Shown here: positions 46,144 through 56,263 of the stretch, piece after piece
How the letters are laid out: the number at the start of each line of letters is the position of its first letter
Numbering within the stretch: the first letter of the stretch is position 1
Origin: Candidatus Peregrinibacteria bacterium
Lineage (GTDB): Bacteria > Patescibacteriota > Gracilibacteria > UBA1369 > LOWO2-01-FULL-3
DNA length: 64,000 bases
Reading direction: 5' to 3'
Assembly: GCA_030592015.1 (NCBI GenBank)
Contig: JAUUZY010000002.1
Coordinates: forward strand, 8,838-72,837
Translations under genes and position numbers: made by a program
Notes under the pieces: model-generated
Told to the model about the DNA's origin: nothing
Databases searched by the model: none
What the model saw: only the letters and a program-made list of their open reading frames with translations

Positions 46144-46800
46144 CTAGTTGTTCAGGATGGGATCCAAAATTTCGAAGGCTGCTATATTCACCTCATCTAT
46201 TGTTGGTTCTCCATTAATTTTTATCATTTTGTCTGCGTACAGCTCGATTGCAGGTACCGTTTCTTTGCTGAATGCTTCCAGTCTTGTTTTTATTGCATCT
46301 GCATTGTCATCTGATCGTGTGTATAGCTCTCCTTCACATTTTTCTCCATTTTCCATGGTCATGTCGCAGGTGTCTTCGTGGTAGTCTGCTGCATATATGT
46401 GTTTGCATTTTTTACACATTCTTCTTGTTGTGAGTCTTCTTAATGCTGTTTCTTCTGTGATTTCAAGTATTACTCCTCTGTAGCTACGATCGTATTTATC
46501 CAGTAGTGCATTTAGTGTGTTTGCTTGTTCTACTTTTCTTGGAATTCCATCAAAGATAACATTGATCCCTTTTTCCAGATTTTTCATGAAGTTTTCTACG
46601 ATTTCCATTACTACTTCATTTGAAACCAGATGTCCTGCTTCAATGATTGATTTTATTTTTTTTCCCAATTCTGAATCTTCTTTTGCAAGTTTTCTAAGTT
46701 CTGCCCCTGTTTCAAACACCTGAAATCCGTATCTTTTTGCTACGGCTTTACCAAGAGTCCCTTTTCCAGAACCCTGCATTCCAAAAAATATTAGATCCAT
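46144..46800 (-). CDS. adk: Adenylate kinase (Cys-containing LID)
   Basis: GMQGSGKGT, G.LVS.E, FDGIPR...QA, RR.C..C, R.DD. Confidence 0.95.
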   Translation of the reverse strand: MDLIFFGMQGSGKGTLGKAVAKRYGFQVFETGAELRKLAKEDSELGKKIKSIIEAGHLVSNEVVMEIVENFMKNLEKGINVIFDGIPRKVEQANTLNALLDKYDRSYRGVILEITEETALRRLTTRRMCKKCKHIYAADYHEDTCDMTMENGEKCEGELYTRSDDNADAIKTRLEAFSKETVPAIELYADKMIKINGEPTIDEVNIAAFEILDPILNN

Positions 46801-46818
46801 ATTATGGAGTTACGCTTT

Positions 46819-48117
46819 TTAATAAAATTTGCTGTAGTCGTGCATGACTAGCTGAGCATTGATTTGTCTTATAAGCTCGAGTACCACTCCCACGATGATA
46901 ATAATACCAGCTCCTGAGATTAGCAATGGAACTGATCCAAGCGTTGTACTCACGAAGAAAAATTGTATTATCAGTGGTGATATAGCGATGAATGCTAAGA
47001 AATTTGCTCCAAAGAATGTTAGTTTTTTTGATATGTTTGCTAGGTATTCTGAAGTTTGTCGGCCAGGTCTAATTCCCGGAATATATCCTCCTCTTTTCTG
47101 AATACTTTCGGCTATTTGATCAGGATTAAATGTGATTGAGACGTAGAAGAATGTGAATGCGACTACTAAAAGGAAATAGAATAATAGGTAAAATGCAGTG
47201 TTTGGTTGAAACAGTGCTCCCATAGTTGCTCCAATATTTCTTATGCTTTCTGATTCTGCGTTTGCTAGAAATTGTGCAAGTATTCCCGGGAAGCTTACTA
47301 ATGCTACCGCAAAGATAATGGGGATCATTCCTGCCTGATTGATTTTGATTGGCATGAATGCTTGATTTCCTCCACCTCTGGCCGATCTTCCTGCATAGGT
47401 GACTGGAATTCTTCTTTCTCCTTCTGTTACCAATACTACTATTATAAGAAGTATAATTGTTATTAGAACCATCAATATGAATGGTATCAGTTTACTTTCG
47501 TCGTCTTGAGCTAGAAACAAGCTTTGTCCAACAAGTGATGGTACCTGAGAGATGATACTTGCAAAGATCAGTAGGGATATTCCATTCCCTATTCCTTTCT
47601 CTGTAATCTGCTCTCCAAGCCATACCAATAAAACTGTTCCGGCAGAAATTGTAAGCATTATTGGTAGCACAACTGCTGCGTTTCCAATGTTTTCTATGAT
47701 TGGAATTTGTGATTGAGAGTTTAATAATATGATCATCCCGTATGATTGTAGGAATGCCAATGGCAATGTTAGCCATCTTGTATATGAGTTTATTTTTCTT
47801 CTTCCTGCTTCTCCTTCTTTTGATAAGTTTTCAAGCTTCGGAACCATTACGGCCATCAATTGCATGATAATTGATGCGTTGATGTATGGGGAAATCCCCA
47901 TAAGAACTATTGAAAAGTTTTCTGTACTACCTCCAGTTAAGAGGCTGAACATTTGTAATAATTCATTTCTACTTGAAACTGCTCTTAGAGCGTCCAGATT
48001 TGCTCCTGGAACTGTTATGTGTGCAATTGCTCTGTAAAGAACTAGCATTCCCAGAGTGAATAGTATTTTGTTCCTTAGATCTTTTGAATTCCAGATCTGT
48101 TTTAGATATGTGATCAT
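46819..48117 (-). CDS. secY: Preprotein translocase SecY
   Basis: GISPYINASIIMQL, GIGNGISLLIF, AG.IPIIFA, IPGIRPG..T. Confidence 0.98.
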   Translation of the reverse strand: MITYLKQIWNSKDLRNKILFTLGMLVLYRAIAHITVPGANLDALRAVSSRNELLQMFSLLTGGSTENFSIVLMGISPYINASIIMQLMAVMVPKLENLSKEGEAGRRKINSYTRWLTLPLAFLQSYGMIILLNSQSQIPIIENIGNAAVVLPIMLTISAGTVLLVWLGEQITEKGIGNGISLLIFASIISQVPSLVGQSLFLAQDDESKLIPFILMVLITIILLIIVVLVTEGERRIPVTYAGRSARGGGNQAFMPIKINQAGMIPIIFAVALVSFPGILAQFLANAESESIRNIGATMGALFQPNTAFYLLFYFLLVVAFTFFYVSITFNPDQIAESIQKRGGYIPGIRPGRQTSEYLANISKKLTFFGANFLAFIAISPLIIQFFFVSTTLGSVPLLISGAGIIIIVGVVLELIRQINAQLVMHDYSKFY

Positions 48118-48119
48118 TT

Positions 48120-48587
48120 TTAGTCAGTTTTAGTTTTTTCTTTTGTTAATAGTTCGATTTTGCATTTTTTTGCTTCTGCCTTCTTTATTGCTGAAGCTGA
48201 TGCTTTGTGAACTATTATAGTTAATGTTTTTTCTAATTCACCTTTTCCTCCCAGTAGTTTCACAGGTTTATTCTTTTTTGAGATTAGGTTCTTTGCATAA
48301 AGTGCAGCTGAGTCTACCGTAGCGTTGTCTTCAAAAACGTTTAGGTCTCCAACGTTAATTGCTTGGTACTCTATGTGGTTAATGTTCCTAAACCCCTTTA
48401 GTTTTGGCATACGTCTGATGTATGGAGTTTGTCCTCCTTCAAATCCAGGTCTTCTTCTTCCGCCACTTCTAGCTGTTTGTCCATTCATTCCTCTACAACT
48501 GAAAGTTCCGTGTCCTGAGCCATTTCCACGACCAACTCGTTTTTTCTTTTTTCTTCCTGTTTTGCTTCTTAGTTCCTGTAATGACAT
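48120..48587 (-). CDS. rplO: 50S ribosomal protein L15
   Basis: RVGRG.GSG.G, GFEGGQTP..RR.PK.GF. Confidence 0.98.
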   Translation of the reverse strand: MSLQELRSKTGRKKKKRVGRGNGSGHGTFSCRGMNGQTARSGGRRRPGFEGGQTPYIRRMPKLKGFRNINHIEYQAINVGDLNVFEDNATVDSAALYAKNLISKKNKPVKLLGGKGELEKTLTIIVHKASASAIKKAEAKKCKIELLTKEKTKTD

Positions 48588-48599
48588 GACTTAATATTA

Positions 48600-49268
48600 T
48601 TATTGTTTAGTAGTTTCTACTTTTTCTTCTGGCTTCTTTGCTTCCGGTTTCTTTGTCTCTGGCTTCTTTGTCTCTGGCTTTTTAGCCTCTGTGGTCTTTG
48701 CTTCTGGCTTCTTTGTCTCTGGCTTTTTCGCCTGCTCTTTCTTTGCTTTTGCTGCTGCCTCTTCTTTTACTTTCTTTTTTAGCATTCCCGGTGTAGTTCT
48801 CAATTGTTTTAGAGCTTCGAATGTAGCCTTTGTGTTGTTGAGTTTATTTGTTGTTCCGAATGATTTACTTAGAATATCTTTTATTCCTGCCAATTCCAGG
48901 ACTTTTCTGATTGGTCCTCCTGCGATGATTCCTGTACCAGGTCCTGCAGGGAGAAGTAGTATTTTTGATGCCTTGTATTTGATCTTCATATCGTGTGGGA
49001 TAGTTGATCCATCTAGAGGGACTACAATCAGGTTTCTTTTTGCCTTACTTATAGCTTTTTGAATTGCACCCGTTACCTCATGAGACTTTCCTATACCAAC
49101 TCCTACTTTTCCTTTCTTATTACCTATGGCTACGGTTGCACGAAATCTTAGTTTTCGTCCTCCTTTTACAACTCTAGTAACTCTATCTATTTGAATTACT
49201 TCTTCAGAAAATTCCTTTGGTTCTCTCTTCTTATGAAATCTTCCCTTTCTGTTTGATCCGTATCCCAT
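48600..49268 (-). CDS. rpsE: 30S ribosomal protein S5 with repetitive C-terminal tail
   Basis: RVTRVVKGGR, PAGPGTGIIAGG. Confidence 0.98.
   Translation of the reverse strand: MGYGSNRKGRFHKKREPKEFSEEVIQIDRVTRVVKGGRKLRFRATVAIGNKKGKVGVGIGKSHEVTGAIQKAISKAKRNLIVVPLDGSTIPHDMKIKYKASKILLLPAGPGTGIIAGGPIRKVLELAGIKDILSKSFGTTNKLNNTKATFEALKQLRTTPGMLKKKVKEEAAAKAKKEQAKKPETKKPEAKTTEAKKPETKKPETKKPEAKKPEEKVETTKQ
48624..48728 (-). repeat. 15-bp tandem repeat x7 encoding KKPE(T/A/E)-like pentapeptides in the S5 tail
   Basis: KKPET KKPEA KTTEA KKPET KKPET KKPEA KKPEE. Confidence 0.85.
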
Positions 49269-49283
49269 AGTAATTTTAGGTAA

Positions 49284-49625
49284 TTAGAATTTTAATCCTG
49301 CTTCACGAGCGCCATCAGCTACTGCTTTTACACGTCCATGATATTTGTATCCGTTTCTATCAAATGATACTGTTTCTATCTTTTTTTCCTTGGCCAATTT
49401 ACCGATTTCTTTCCCCAGTTCCAAGGCTTTTTCTGTTTTTGTCCCTTTCTTCATCTTCATGTCTGAACTTGATGCCAATGTGATGTTTTTTTCATCATCA
49501 ATAATTTGAGCATAAGTGTGTGTCAGGCTTCTTGTTACAACCAATCTTGGTCTTTTGCTTGAAGCTATTTTTTTTCGAATTTTGTTATGTCTTCGTTTTC
49601 TTGTTGTCTCTTTTTTACTTGGCAT
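49284..49625 (-). CDS. rplR: 50S ribosomal protein L18
   Basis: [36 protein letters not shown]. Confidence 0.98.
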   Translation of the reverse strand: MPSKKETTRKRRHNKIRKKIASSKRPRLVVTRSLTHTYAQIIDDEKNITLASSSDMKMKKGTKTEKALELGKEIGKLAKEKKIETVSFDRNGYKYHGRVKAVADGAREAGLKF

Positions 49626-49647
49626 TTTATGTTAGTTTAGATTCTTT

Positions 49648-50202
49648 TTAAGCTGATGCACTTGCTGCTGCTTTACCAGCCTTTCGTGCTACGTATTCTC
49701 CTTCATAACGTATACCTTTCCCTTTGTATGGTTCTGGTTTTTTGTATGATCTTATTTTTGCTGCTGCTTCACCTACTAGCTGTTTGTCTATTCCTGTTAC
49801 TATGATTGTATTCTTATTCTCTTCGTCCATTTTGAATTCTACTCCGTCTGGTGCTACGTATTCGATTGGATGGGAGAATCCCAGGCTTAGTGTGATTTTT
49901 TTACCACTTGTCTTTGCTCTGTATCCTACTCCGATTATTTCCAATCTCTTCTCAAATCCTTTAGATACACCTTCAACCATATTTGCGAGTAGTGATCTAT
50001 ATAGCCCGTGTAGTGATCTGTTCAGCTTTGAATCGTTTGGTCTCAAAACTGTTAGTTCACCGTCTTTCATTTCCATCTTCATGTTTTCGTGAATTTCTTT
50101 TTTAAGTTCGCCTTTTGAGCCCTTTACAACGATAAGGTTGTTTTTGATCTCAATAGTTACTCCGCTTGGTATTGTAATTGGTTGTTTTCCTACTCGTGAC
50201 AT
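49648..50202 (-). CDS. rplF: 50S ribosomal protein L6
   Basis: MSRVGK.PI, GVGYRA, LGFSHP, PEPYKGKGIRY. Confidence 0.98.
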   Translation of the reverse strand: MSRVGKQPITIPSGVTIEIKNNLIVVKGSKGELKKEIHENMKMEMKDGELTVLRPNDSKLNRSLHGLYRSLLANMVEGVSKGFEKRLEIIGVGYRAKTSGKKITLSLGFSHPIEYVAPDGVEFKMDEENKNTIIVTGIDKQLVGEAAAKIRSYKKPEPYKGKGIRYEGEYVARKAGKAAASASA

Positions 50203-50219
50203 TGTTTATTGTATTAAAA

Positions 50220-50603
50220 TTAGTAAACTTCACATATTAACTCTCCTCCTAGGTTTTGTTTTCTTGCTTCTACTGTCGACATTACTCCTCTTGCTGTAGT
50301 CATGATTCCTATACCTAGTCCATTTTTAATTCTTTTGATATCGCCACTCTTGATATAAATTCTTTGACCCGGTGAACTGACTCTCTTTAGATTTATATTT
50401 CTTCTTTCTTCTTTTAGCACTACTCTAAGTACTTTGAATTGTCCTTCTGTCTCTGTGTTGTGCTTATCTATGAATCCATACTGTTCCAAAACTTTCAATA
50501 CGCTTTCTTTGATTTTTGAATATGGCACAGTTAGATCTTGGTGATCTGCTTTTGTAGCGTTTCTAATTCTTGTTAATAGGTCTGCTATTGGGTCTGTATT
50601 CAT
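50220..50603 (-). CDS. rpsH: 30S ribosomal protein S8
   Basis: DPIADLLTRIRNA, S.PG.RIY, GGE.IC. Confidence 0.98.
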   Translation of the reverse strand: MNTDPIADLLTRIRNATKADHQDLTVPYSKIKESVLKVLEQYGFIDKHNTETEGQFKVLRVVLKEERRNINLKRVSSPGQRIYIKSGDIKRIKNGLGIGIMTTARGVMSTVEARKQNLGGELICEVY

Positions 50604-50630
50604 ACTATTAAGTTTATCTAGTTATAAATT

Positions 50631-50855
50631 TTACCAGGATGATTTTGTCACTCCTGTAATTTTTCCTTCCTTTGCAAGTTCTCGGAAACAAATCCTACAA
50701 AGTGCAAATTTTCTCATATATCCACCGATTTTTCCACATTTTTTACATCTGTTGTATACTTTTGTGGGATGTTTAACTTTTTTGTTATTGGCAATTGCTT
50801 TCGCTGCTGCCTCTTGTCTTCTCCTTGTTTTTACTAATAATGCTGTTCTTGCCAT
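50631..50855 (-). CDS. rpsN: 30S ribosomal protein S14, Zn-binding type with N-terminal insertion
   Basis: NRCKKCG...[17 protein letters not shown]. Confidence 0.96.
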   Translation of the reverse strand: MARTALLVKTRRRQEAAAKAIANNKKVKHPTKVYNRCKKCGKIGGYMRKFALCRICFRELAKEGKITGVTKSSW

Positions 50856-50864
50856 TGTAGTTAG

Positions 50865-51416
50865 TTATTTTTTGAATGGGAATCCTAATTCTTTCAGTAA
50901 TGCGAGCCCTGATTCATCGTCTTTTGCATCTGTACCGATATTTACCTGTACTCCATGCAATTTTATTACATCGTCCGGGCTAATTTCCGGAAATACAATG
51001 TGTTCTTTAAATCCAATGCTGTAATTACCGTTTCCATCGAATGACTTTGGTGATAATCCACGGAAGTCTCTTACTCGAGGGAATACTATGTTCGTAAGTT
51101 TGTTTAGGAAGGCGTACATTTTTTTCCCTCTTAGAGTTACCGCTACTCCTATTACATCGTTTTCACGAATTTTGAAATTTGAGATAGCCTTTTTTGCTTT
51201 TGTAACTACCGGTTTAAGTCCTGTTATTGCTTGTACGTTTTCAACAATATGTGAATAATCTTTGTTTCCTTGTTTAACGTATGTACCAATTCCAACATTC
51301 ACAGTTATTTTTGTCACTTTTGGGATTGCCATAATATTTTTGATATTCAGCGACTCCTTAAGCTTTGGTGCAATTTCTGTTTTATACCTGGTTTGTAGGT
51401 CAGTTATTTCAGTCAT
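50865..51416 (-). CDS. rplE: 50S ribosomal protein L5
   Basis: PRVRDFRGL, FDG.GNY, FPEI. Confidence 0.98.
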   Translation of the reverse strand: MTEITDLQTRYKTEIAPKLKESLNIKNIMAIPKVTKITVNVGIGTYVKQGNKDYSHIVENVQAITGLKPVVTKAKKAISNFKIRENDVIGVAVTLRGKKMYAFLNKLTNIVFPRVRDFRGLSPKSFDGNGNYSIGFKEHIVFPEISPDDVIKLHGVQVNIGTDAKDDESGLALLKELGFPFKK

Positions 51417-51418
51417 TA

Positions 51419-51736
51419 TTATTTCTTTTTATCAATAATTTCGTTTGAACTTTTGCAAATTCTTAGTTTTCTTTCTCCTTTGTTTTTCAGATAACCAATC
51501 CTAGTTGGCTTTCCTGTGATAGGGGAGATCAACTTTACATTTGATACATGTATCGGAGCTTCGTATTTAACGATTTCTCCTGCCTTTTGTGCTGTTTTCT
51601 TTATGTGCTTGGTTCTAATGTTTACCCCTTGAACAACTATTAATTCTTTCTTTTTCAAGGTTCTCATAACTTCGCCTTTCTTGCCTTTGTCTTTTCCAGC
51701 GATAACCAATACTGTGTCTTTTGCTCTAATTTTCAT
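51419..51736 (-). CDS. rplX: 50S ribosomal protein L24
   Basis: VIAGKDKGK.G, EAPIHVSNV. Confidence 0.98.
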   Translation of the reverse strand: MKIRAKDTVLVIAGKDKGKKGEVMRTLKKKELIVVQGVNIRTKHIKKTAQKAGEIVKYEAPIHVSNVKLISPITGKPTRIGYLKNKGERKLRICKSSNEIIDKKK

Positions 51737-51738
51737 GA

Positions 51739-52107
51739 TTATAAAACTTCAGGTGCTAATGAAATAATTTTTTGGAAACCCTTATCTCGCAGTTCTCTTC
51801 CTACCGGTCCGAATACACGAGTTCCCCTTGGTTGTTTGTCTTTATCTACTATTACTACTGCATTTTCATCAAAACGTATGTATGTTCCGTCTTTTCTTCC
51901 CATCTCTTTTACTTGTCGTACTACAACGGCTCTTACTACTGCTTTTTTCTTTACTACTCCACGTGGACTAGCTTCTTTTACTGTTACTACGATTAAGTCT
52001 CCAATTCTTGCATATCTTCTCTTACTTCCACCAAGTACTTTTATACACTTAACCATCTTTGCTCCAGTGTTGTCTGCTACCTTTAATTTAGTTTCTGGTT
52101 GAATCAT
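51739..52107 (-). CDS. rplN: 50S ribosomal protein L14
   Basis: [34 protein letters not shown]. Confidence 0.99.
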   Translation of the reverse strand: MIQPETKLKVADNTGAKMVKCIKVLGGSKRRYARIGDLIVVTVKEASPRGVVKKKAVVRAVVVRQVKEMGRKDGTYIRFDENAVVIVDKDKQPRGTRVFGPVGRELRDKGFQKIISLAPEVL

Positions 52108-52119
52108 TTATCTGGTTTC

Positions 52120-52371
52120 TTAGTTATTAGTTTTTTCAGCTTGTTTTGGCTTTTCCAATGTCCACTTTTTTAGTTTACTTATTGGGCTTGTCTCGTAAAA
52201 TGTTATTTCATCTCCTATTTCGAATTTTGTATTTTCAGGATTGTGAATATGAAAGTTCTTTGATACACGGTATCTTTTCTTGTATTTAGGATGATTAACG
52301 TACCTGTGAACTGTTGCCACTATAGTTTTTTCCTGTTTCATACTCCTTACTATTCCTTTTTTAGATCTCAT
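52120..52371 (-). CDS. rpsQ: 30S ribosomal protein S17
   Basis: G.V.S.K..KT, HPKYKK, PISK.K.W. Confidence 0.96.
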   Translation of the reverse strand: MRSKKGIVRSMKQEKTIVATVHRYVNHPKYKKRYRVSKNFHIHNPENTKFEIGDEITFYETSPISKLKKWTLEKPKQAEKTNN

Positions 52372-52591
52372 TGTCTTTAGTTATTGGGTTAGTTTCTTTA
52401 ACTGCTTGTTTTTCCTTTATTATCGTTTCTATTCTAGCTACTTGCTTTCGTTGTCTTCCTACATGGTGAATGTTTTTTGATTGACCACTTTTTACCTCAA
52501 AACTTACTTTAAATAAAGCTTTTTCTGTTTCACTTTTTTCCAGCCTTAGCTTGTGTTCATCTAATTTTCTTAGTTCATCTATTGTTTTCAT
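52361..52591 (-). CDS. rpmC: 50S ribosomal protein L29
   Basis: ELR...LF.....GQ......RK.VARI.T; operon position. Confidence 0.93.
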   Translation of the reverse strand: MKTIDELRKLDEHKLRLEKSETEKALFKVSFEVKSGQSKNIHHVGRQRKQVARIETIIKEKQAVKETNPITKDNEI

Positions 52592-52593
52592 GT

Positions 52594-53013
52594 TTAAATT
52601 TCTTGAGTATTAATAAATTTGCACTTAACCGGCAATTTGAATGCTGCCAGCCTCATAGCCTCTTTTGCTGTTTCTAAGTCTACACCTTCCATTTCAAACA
52701 AAACTCTTCCTGGCTTTACTGTTGCGACAAAATGATCAGGTGCTCCTTTTCCACTTCCCATCGGTACCTCGGACGCTTTCCTTGTTATTGATTTATGTGG
52801 GAATATTGTTATCCATATCTTTCCTCCTCTTTTGGTATATCTTGTCATTGAACGTCTTGCTGCCTCGATTTGTCTTGAGGTCAATTCTCCTGCCGTTACT
52901 GCCTTCAATCCGTATGTACCGAATGTTACACGACTTCCTCTATAGGCTAATCCTTTTGTTGCAGATCTTCCTCTGAATACTTTCCTGTGCTTTTGCTTGC
53001 GTGGTACTAACAT
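52594..53013 (-). CDS. rplP: 50S ribosomal protein L16
   Basis: RQIEAAR, IFPHK, MGSGKG, KLP. Confidence 0.98.
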   Translation of the reverse strand: MLVPRKQKHRKVFRGRSATKGLAYRGSRVTFGTYGLKAVTAGELTSRQIEAARRSMTRYTKRGGKIWITIFPHKSITRKASEVPMGSGKGAPDHFVATVKPGRVLFEMEGVDLETAKEAMRLAAFKLPVKCKFINTQEI

Positions 53014-53017
53014 GTTG

Positions 53018-53698
53018 TTATGATTGTTTAATTTCTTCTATTTGCTGTGACAACTTGTCCATTAGGTCTTTTTTGAACACTTCTCCTTTGTAAATCCATA
53101 CTTTTACTCCTATTTTTCCGTATGTAGTGCTAGCAGCAATTGATGTGTAGTCTATGTCGGCTCTGAATGTGTGTAGAGGGATCTTTCCTTTTGAGAAGAA
53201 TTCTCCTCGTGATATTTCCACTCCGTTCAGTCTTCCTCCTAGATAGATTTTTGCACCTAGTGCTCCGCTTTCCATTATTTTCTCTAAAGTTATCTTTGCT
53301 ACTCTTCTGTAGGAAACTCTCTTTTCTACCTGTCTTGCAATGCTTTCTGCCACTACTCTTGCATCTAGCATTGGTTTTTTAATCTCTTTAACGTTTATTG
53401 CGAATGTTTCTTTAAATTTCTTTGTTAGTGATTCTTTTAGTTTCTCGATTACTTCTCCACCACGTCCGATAATCAGCCCTGGCTTTGCAGTATATATGTT
53501 TATAAGTACTTTTCCTTGCGTACGCAGTATTTCTATCTTTGAGATACCTTCACTTGGAAGTTCTCCTTCTATAGCTTCCTCAATTTTTAGATCTTGATGA
53601 AAGAGTTTTTTAAAATCTCTTTTATTTGCGAACCATTTTGAGTTCCAGTCTTCTGTTATTCCTAATCTGATTACTTTTGGGTGTACTTTTTGTCCCAT
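53018..53698 (-). CDS. rpsC: 30S ribosomal protein S3
   Basis: MGQKVHP, PG.IIGRGG, GRLNG.EI, PLHT.RADIDY, YG.IGVKVWI. Confidence 0.99.
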   Translation of the reverse strand: MGQKVHPKVIRLGITEDWNSKWFANKRDFKKLFHQDLKIEEAIEGELPSEGISKIEILRTQGKVLINIYTAKPGLIIGRGGEVIEKLKESLTKKFKETFAINVKEIKKPMLDARVVAESIARQVEKRVSYRRVAKITLEKIMESGALGAKIYLGGRLNGVEISRGEFFSKGKIPLHTFRADIDYTSIAASTTYGKIGVKVWIYKGEVFKKDLMDKLSQQIEEIKQS

Positions 53699-53703
53699 AA
53701 TTA

Positions 53704-54168
53704 TTAGTTAGTTTCTTCTTTATCTTTTTTACTTTTCGTAGGTTTTTCTTCTGTCTTTTTCTCAGTCTTCTCCTCAGTCTTCTTCTCTTTTTCCACCTTT
53801 TCAGTCTCTTTCTCTACTTTTTCTACTACTTCTTCTTCCTCTTCTTTTACCGCTAGTTTTACAGTTATGTGAGACGTTCTCTTTAGTAGGGGATGCATTC
53901 GTCCTCTTGATATTGGGATGCTTCTCTTATACGTAGCTCCTTCAGTTACTATTATTTCTTTAAGGTACAAACTGTCTTTGTTCTGTTTAAAATTGTTTTC
54001 CGCATTAGCTACTGCTGACTCGATTAGCTTTTTAATGATCGGTGCAGCTTTTTTGTTCGTAAACTTCAATGTTTCTACTGCATCTGCTACAGTCTTTGTC
54101 CTAACAAGCTGTGCTATAAGATTTGCTTTTTTAGGTGAGATTCTGATTTTTCGTAATATTGCTTTCAT
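53704..54168 (-). CDS. rplV: 50S ribosomal protein L22 with K/E-rich C-terminal extension
   Basis: RISPKKA, SA.ANAE.N, KRTSHITV. Confidence 0.98.
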   Translation of the reverse strand: MKAILRKIRISPKKANLIAQLVRTKTVADAVETLKFTNKKAAPIIKKLIESAVANAENNFKQNKDSLYLKEIIVTEGATYKRSIPISRGRMHPLLKRTSHITVKLAVKEEEEEVVEKVEKETEKVEKEKKTEEKTEKKTEEKPTKSKKDKEETN

Positions 54169-54178
54169 GTTTTGTTAT

Positions 54179-54451
54179 TTATCGTTTAGCTAGTCTTCCT
54201 CCATGACCCGGGAACTTCTTAGTTGGAGAGAATTCTCCCAGCTTATGTCCTACCATGTTTTCAGTTACAAACACTGGAATGAACTGCTTTCCGCTATGTA
54301 CTGCGAATGTATGTCCTACAAATTCCGGTGATATATCTGACCTTCTTGACCATGTCTTAATTGGTTTCTTTGACCCAGATTCGTCTAATCTTGCTACTTT
54401 TTTTAGCAATTTTGGGTCTATGTATGGTCCTTTCTTTGCACTTCTTCCCAT
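54179..54451 (-). CDS. rpsS: 30S ribosomal protein S19
   Basis: [23 protein letters not shown]. Confidence 0.99.
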   Translation of the reverse strand: MGRSAKKGPYIDPKLLKKVARLDESGSKKPIKTWSRRSDISPEFVGHTFAVHSGKQFIPVFVTENMVGHKLGEFSPTKKFPGHGGRLAKR

Positions 54452-54476
54452 GGTATTAGGGTAATTGATTTATTTT

Positions 54477-55310
54477 TTACTTCCTGCGACGATCTTTTAC
54501 AATCATCTTATCTGTATAACGCCTTCTTCTTGTTTTGAATCCAAGTGCCGGTAATCCCCAAGGTGTCTTTGGATGTTTCATTCCAATTGAAGCACCTCCT
54601 TCTCCACCTCCATGTGGATGATCTACCGGGTTCATAGCCTTACCTCTTACCTGCGGCCTTCGTCCCATATGTCTTTTTCGTCCTGCTTTACCAATTGTTA
54701 TATTGCTGTGTTCTACGTTACTTACTATTCCTATAGTTGCGTAACATTTCTTGCTTACTAATCTTATTTCTCCGGATGGCATAGCGATTTGTGCATGCTT
54801 CCCTTCTAGAGATACCAGTTTTATACTTGTACCTGCGCTTCTTCCCATTTGCCCTCCTTTTCCTTCGTGTAGTTCAACATTGTAGATGCTGTATCCTACA
54901 GGAATCTGGCTTATGAGCATTCTGTTTCCTGTTTTAATCTTTGCCTTCTCTTTTGTAATAACTTTGTCTCCTACTGCGATTCCTTCTGGTGCTATATGAT
55001 ATCTTTTTTCTCCGTCTATATACTGTGCCAGCATGATGTAAGCAGTCCTATTTGGATCGTACTCTACCGACGTTATCTTTGCTTCTATACCGAGCTTGTC
55101 ACGTCTTTTGAAATCTATAATCCTGTAATGTCTCTTTTCACCACCACCTCTGTGTCTAACTGTAATTCTTCCTGTGTTGTTTCGTCCTGTAGTCTTTTTC
55201 ATCTTAGCTAACAGGCTTTTTTCAGGCTTTGTTCTAGTTACTTCATCAAAGGAAGCTACGCTCATTTGTCTTCGTCCCGGTGTTGTTGGTTTAAACTTTT
55301 TTACTGCCAT
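54477..55310 (-). CDS. rplB: 50S ribosomal protein L2
   Basis: [34 protein letters not shown]. Confidence 0.99.
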   Translation of the reverse strand: MAVKKFKPTTPGRRQMSVASFDEVTRTKPEKSLLAKMKKTTGRNNTGRITVRHRGGGEKRHYRIIDFKRRDKLGIEAKITSVEYDPNRTAYIMLAQYIDGEKRYHIAPEGIAVGDKVITKEKAKIKTGNRMLISQIPVGYSIYNVELHEGKGGQMGRSAGTSIKLVSLEGKHAQIAMPSGEIRLVSKKCYATIGIVSNVEHSNITIGKAGRKRHMGRRPQVRGKAMNPVDHPHGGGEGGASIGMKHPKTPWGLPALGFKTRRRRYTDKMIVKDRRRK

Positions 55311-55312
55311 GA

Positions 55313-55627
55313 TTATTTCTTCTTTTTAGGTTTAATTTCTTTAATTTTATTTGGGTCTATAGTTTGTTTTCCTTTTAATCTAACGATAGCTTTTTTGAAA
55401 AGTGGTCTCTTGGTCATTTCTCTTCCTCTTCCAACCAGTCTAACTTTTTTTGGTGTAATAATTGTTCTTACCTTAGCTGCGTCCACTCCGTATATAGCCT
55501 TAACTGCCATTTTTACATCAATCTTCGTAGCGTCTCTTCTTACAAGAAAGGTGTATTGCCCCAGAGCCTGCTGAGCAGAACTCTTTTCTGTAATTATTGA
55601 CTGTATTATTGTTGAGTAATTTTTCAT
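55313..55627 (-). CDS. rplW: 50S ribosomal protein L23
   Basis: ITEKS, YTF.V...ATK..VK.AV, KKAIV.L. Confidence 0.96.
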   Translation of the reverse strand: MKNYSTIIQSIITEKSSAQQALGQYTFLVRRDATKIDVKMAVKAIYGVDAAKVRTIITPKKVRLVGRGREMTKRPLFKKAIVRLKGKQTIDPNKIKEIKPKKKK

Positions 55628-56262
55628 TATTTAGCTTTGTTTAAGAATGTCTCTTTCAGTGTCGTTATTGCTTCTTTAAATATAAGTACCTTTCTGTACT
55701 TTTGTAGATCATGAATGTTTACATATCCTGCTAGGATAGTCTTTGTATTTGTGATATTGCTGCTTGATTTTTGAACTATAGCGTCCTTGCTTGGTATTAC
55801 TATCAGTACATTCCTTTCTATAGGTAGTTTGCTCAACAGTTCTGCAAAAGCTTTTGTTTTTGGGGCGTCAGCCTTATATCCTTCTAATGCGATTATTTCT
55901 CCGTTTCGTGCTTTTTCTGAAAGTGCAGAGAATAGAGCCTTTCTTCTTTGCTTCTTTGGCATGTCTTTATTGAAAGTTCTTTCTTTGCTTGGTCCGAATA
56001 CTACTCCACCACCACGCATATGTGGCGCTCTAATAGTTCCTTGCCTTGCTCGTCCTGTTCCTTTCTGTTTAAAAGGTTTTCTTCCGCCACCTCTCACTTC
56101 TCCACGTGTTTTTGTATGAGCAATCGCCACACGTTTATTGTGAAGCTGTCTAATCAAAGCTTGATGAATCAAATCTTTGTTTAGAGGTATCTCGAAGATT
56201 TCCTTTGGCAAATCAACTGTTCCATTCTTTTCTCCGGTTTGTGTGTATAGGTCTACTTTCAT
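55627..56262 (-). CDS. rplD: 50S ribosomal protein L4
   Basis: TKTRGEVRGGGRKP..QKGTGRARQG, GGGVVFGP. Confidence 0.98.
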   Translation of the reverse strand: MKVDLYTQTGEKNGTVDLPKEIFEIPLNKDLIHQALIRQLHNKRVAIAHTKTRGEVRGGGRKPFKQKGTGRARQGTIRAPHMRGGGVVFGPSKERTFNKDMPKKQRRKALFSALSEKARNGEIIALEGYKADAPKTKAFAELLSKLPIERNVLIVIPSKDAIVQKSSSNITNTKTILAGYVNIHDLQKYRKVLIFKEAITTLKETFLNKAK

Positions 56263-56263
56263 C

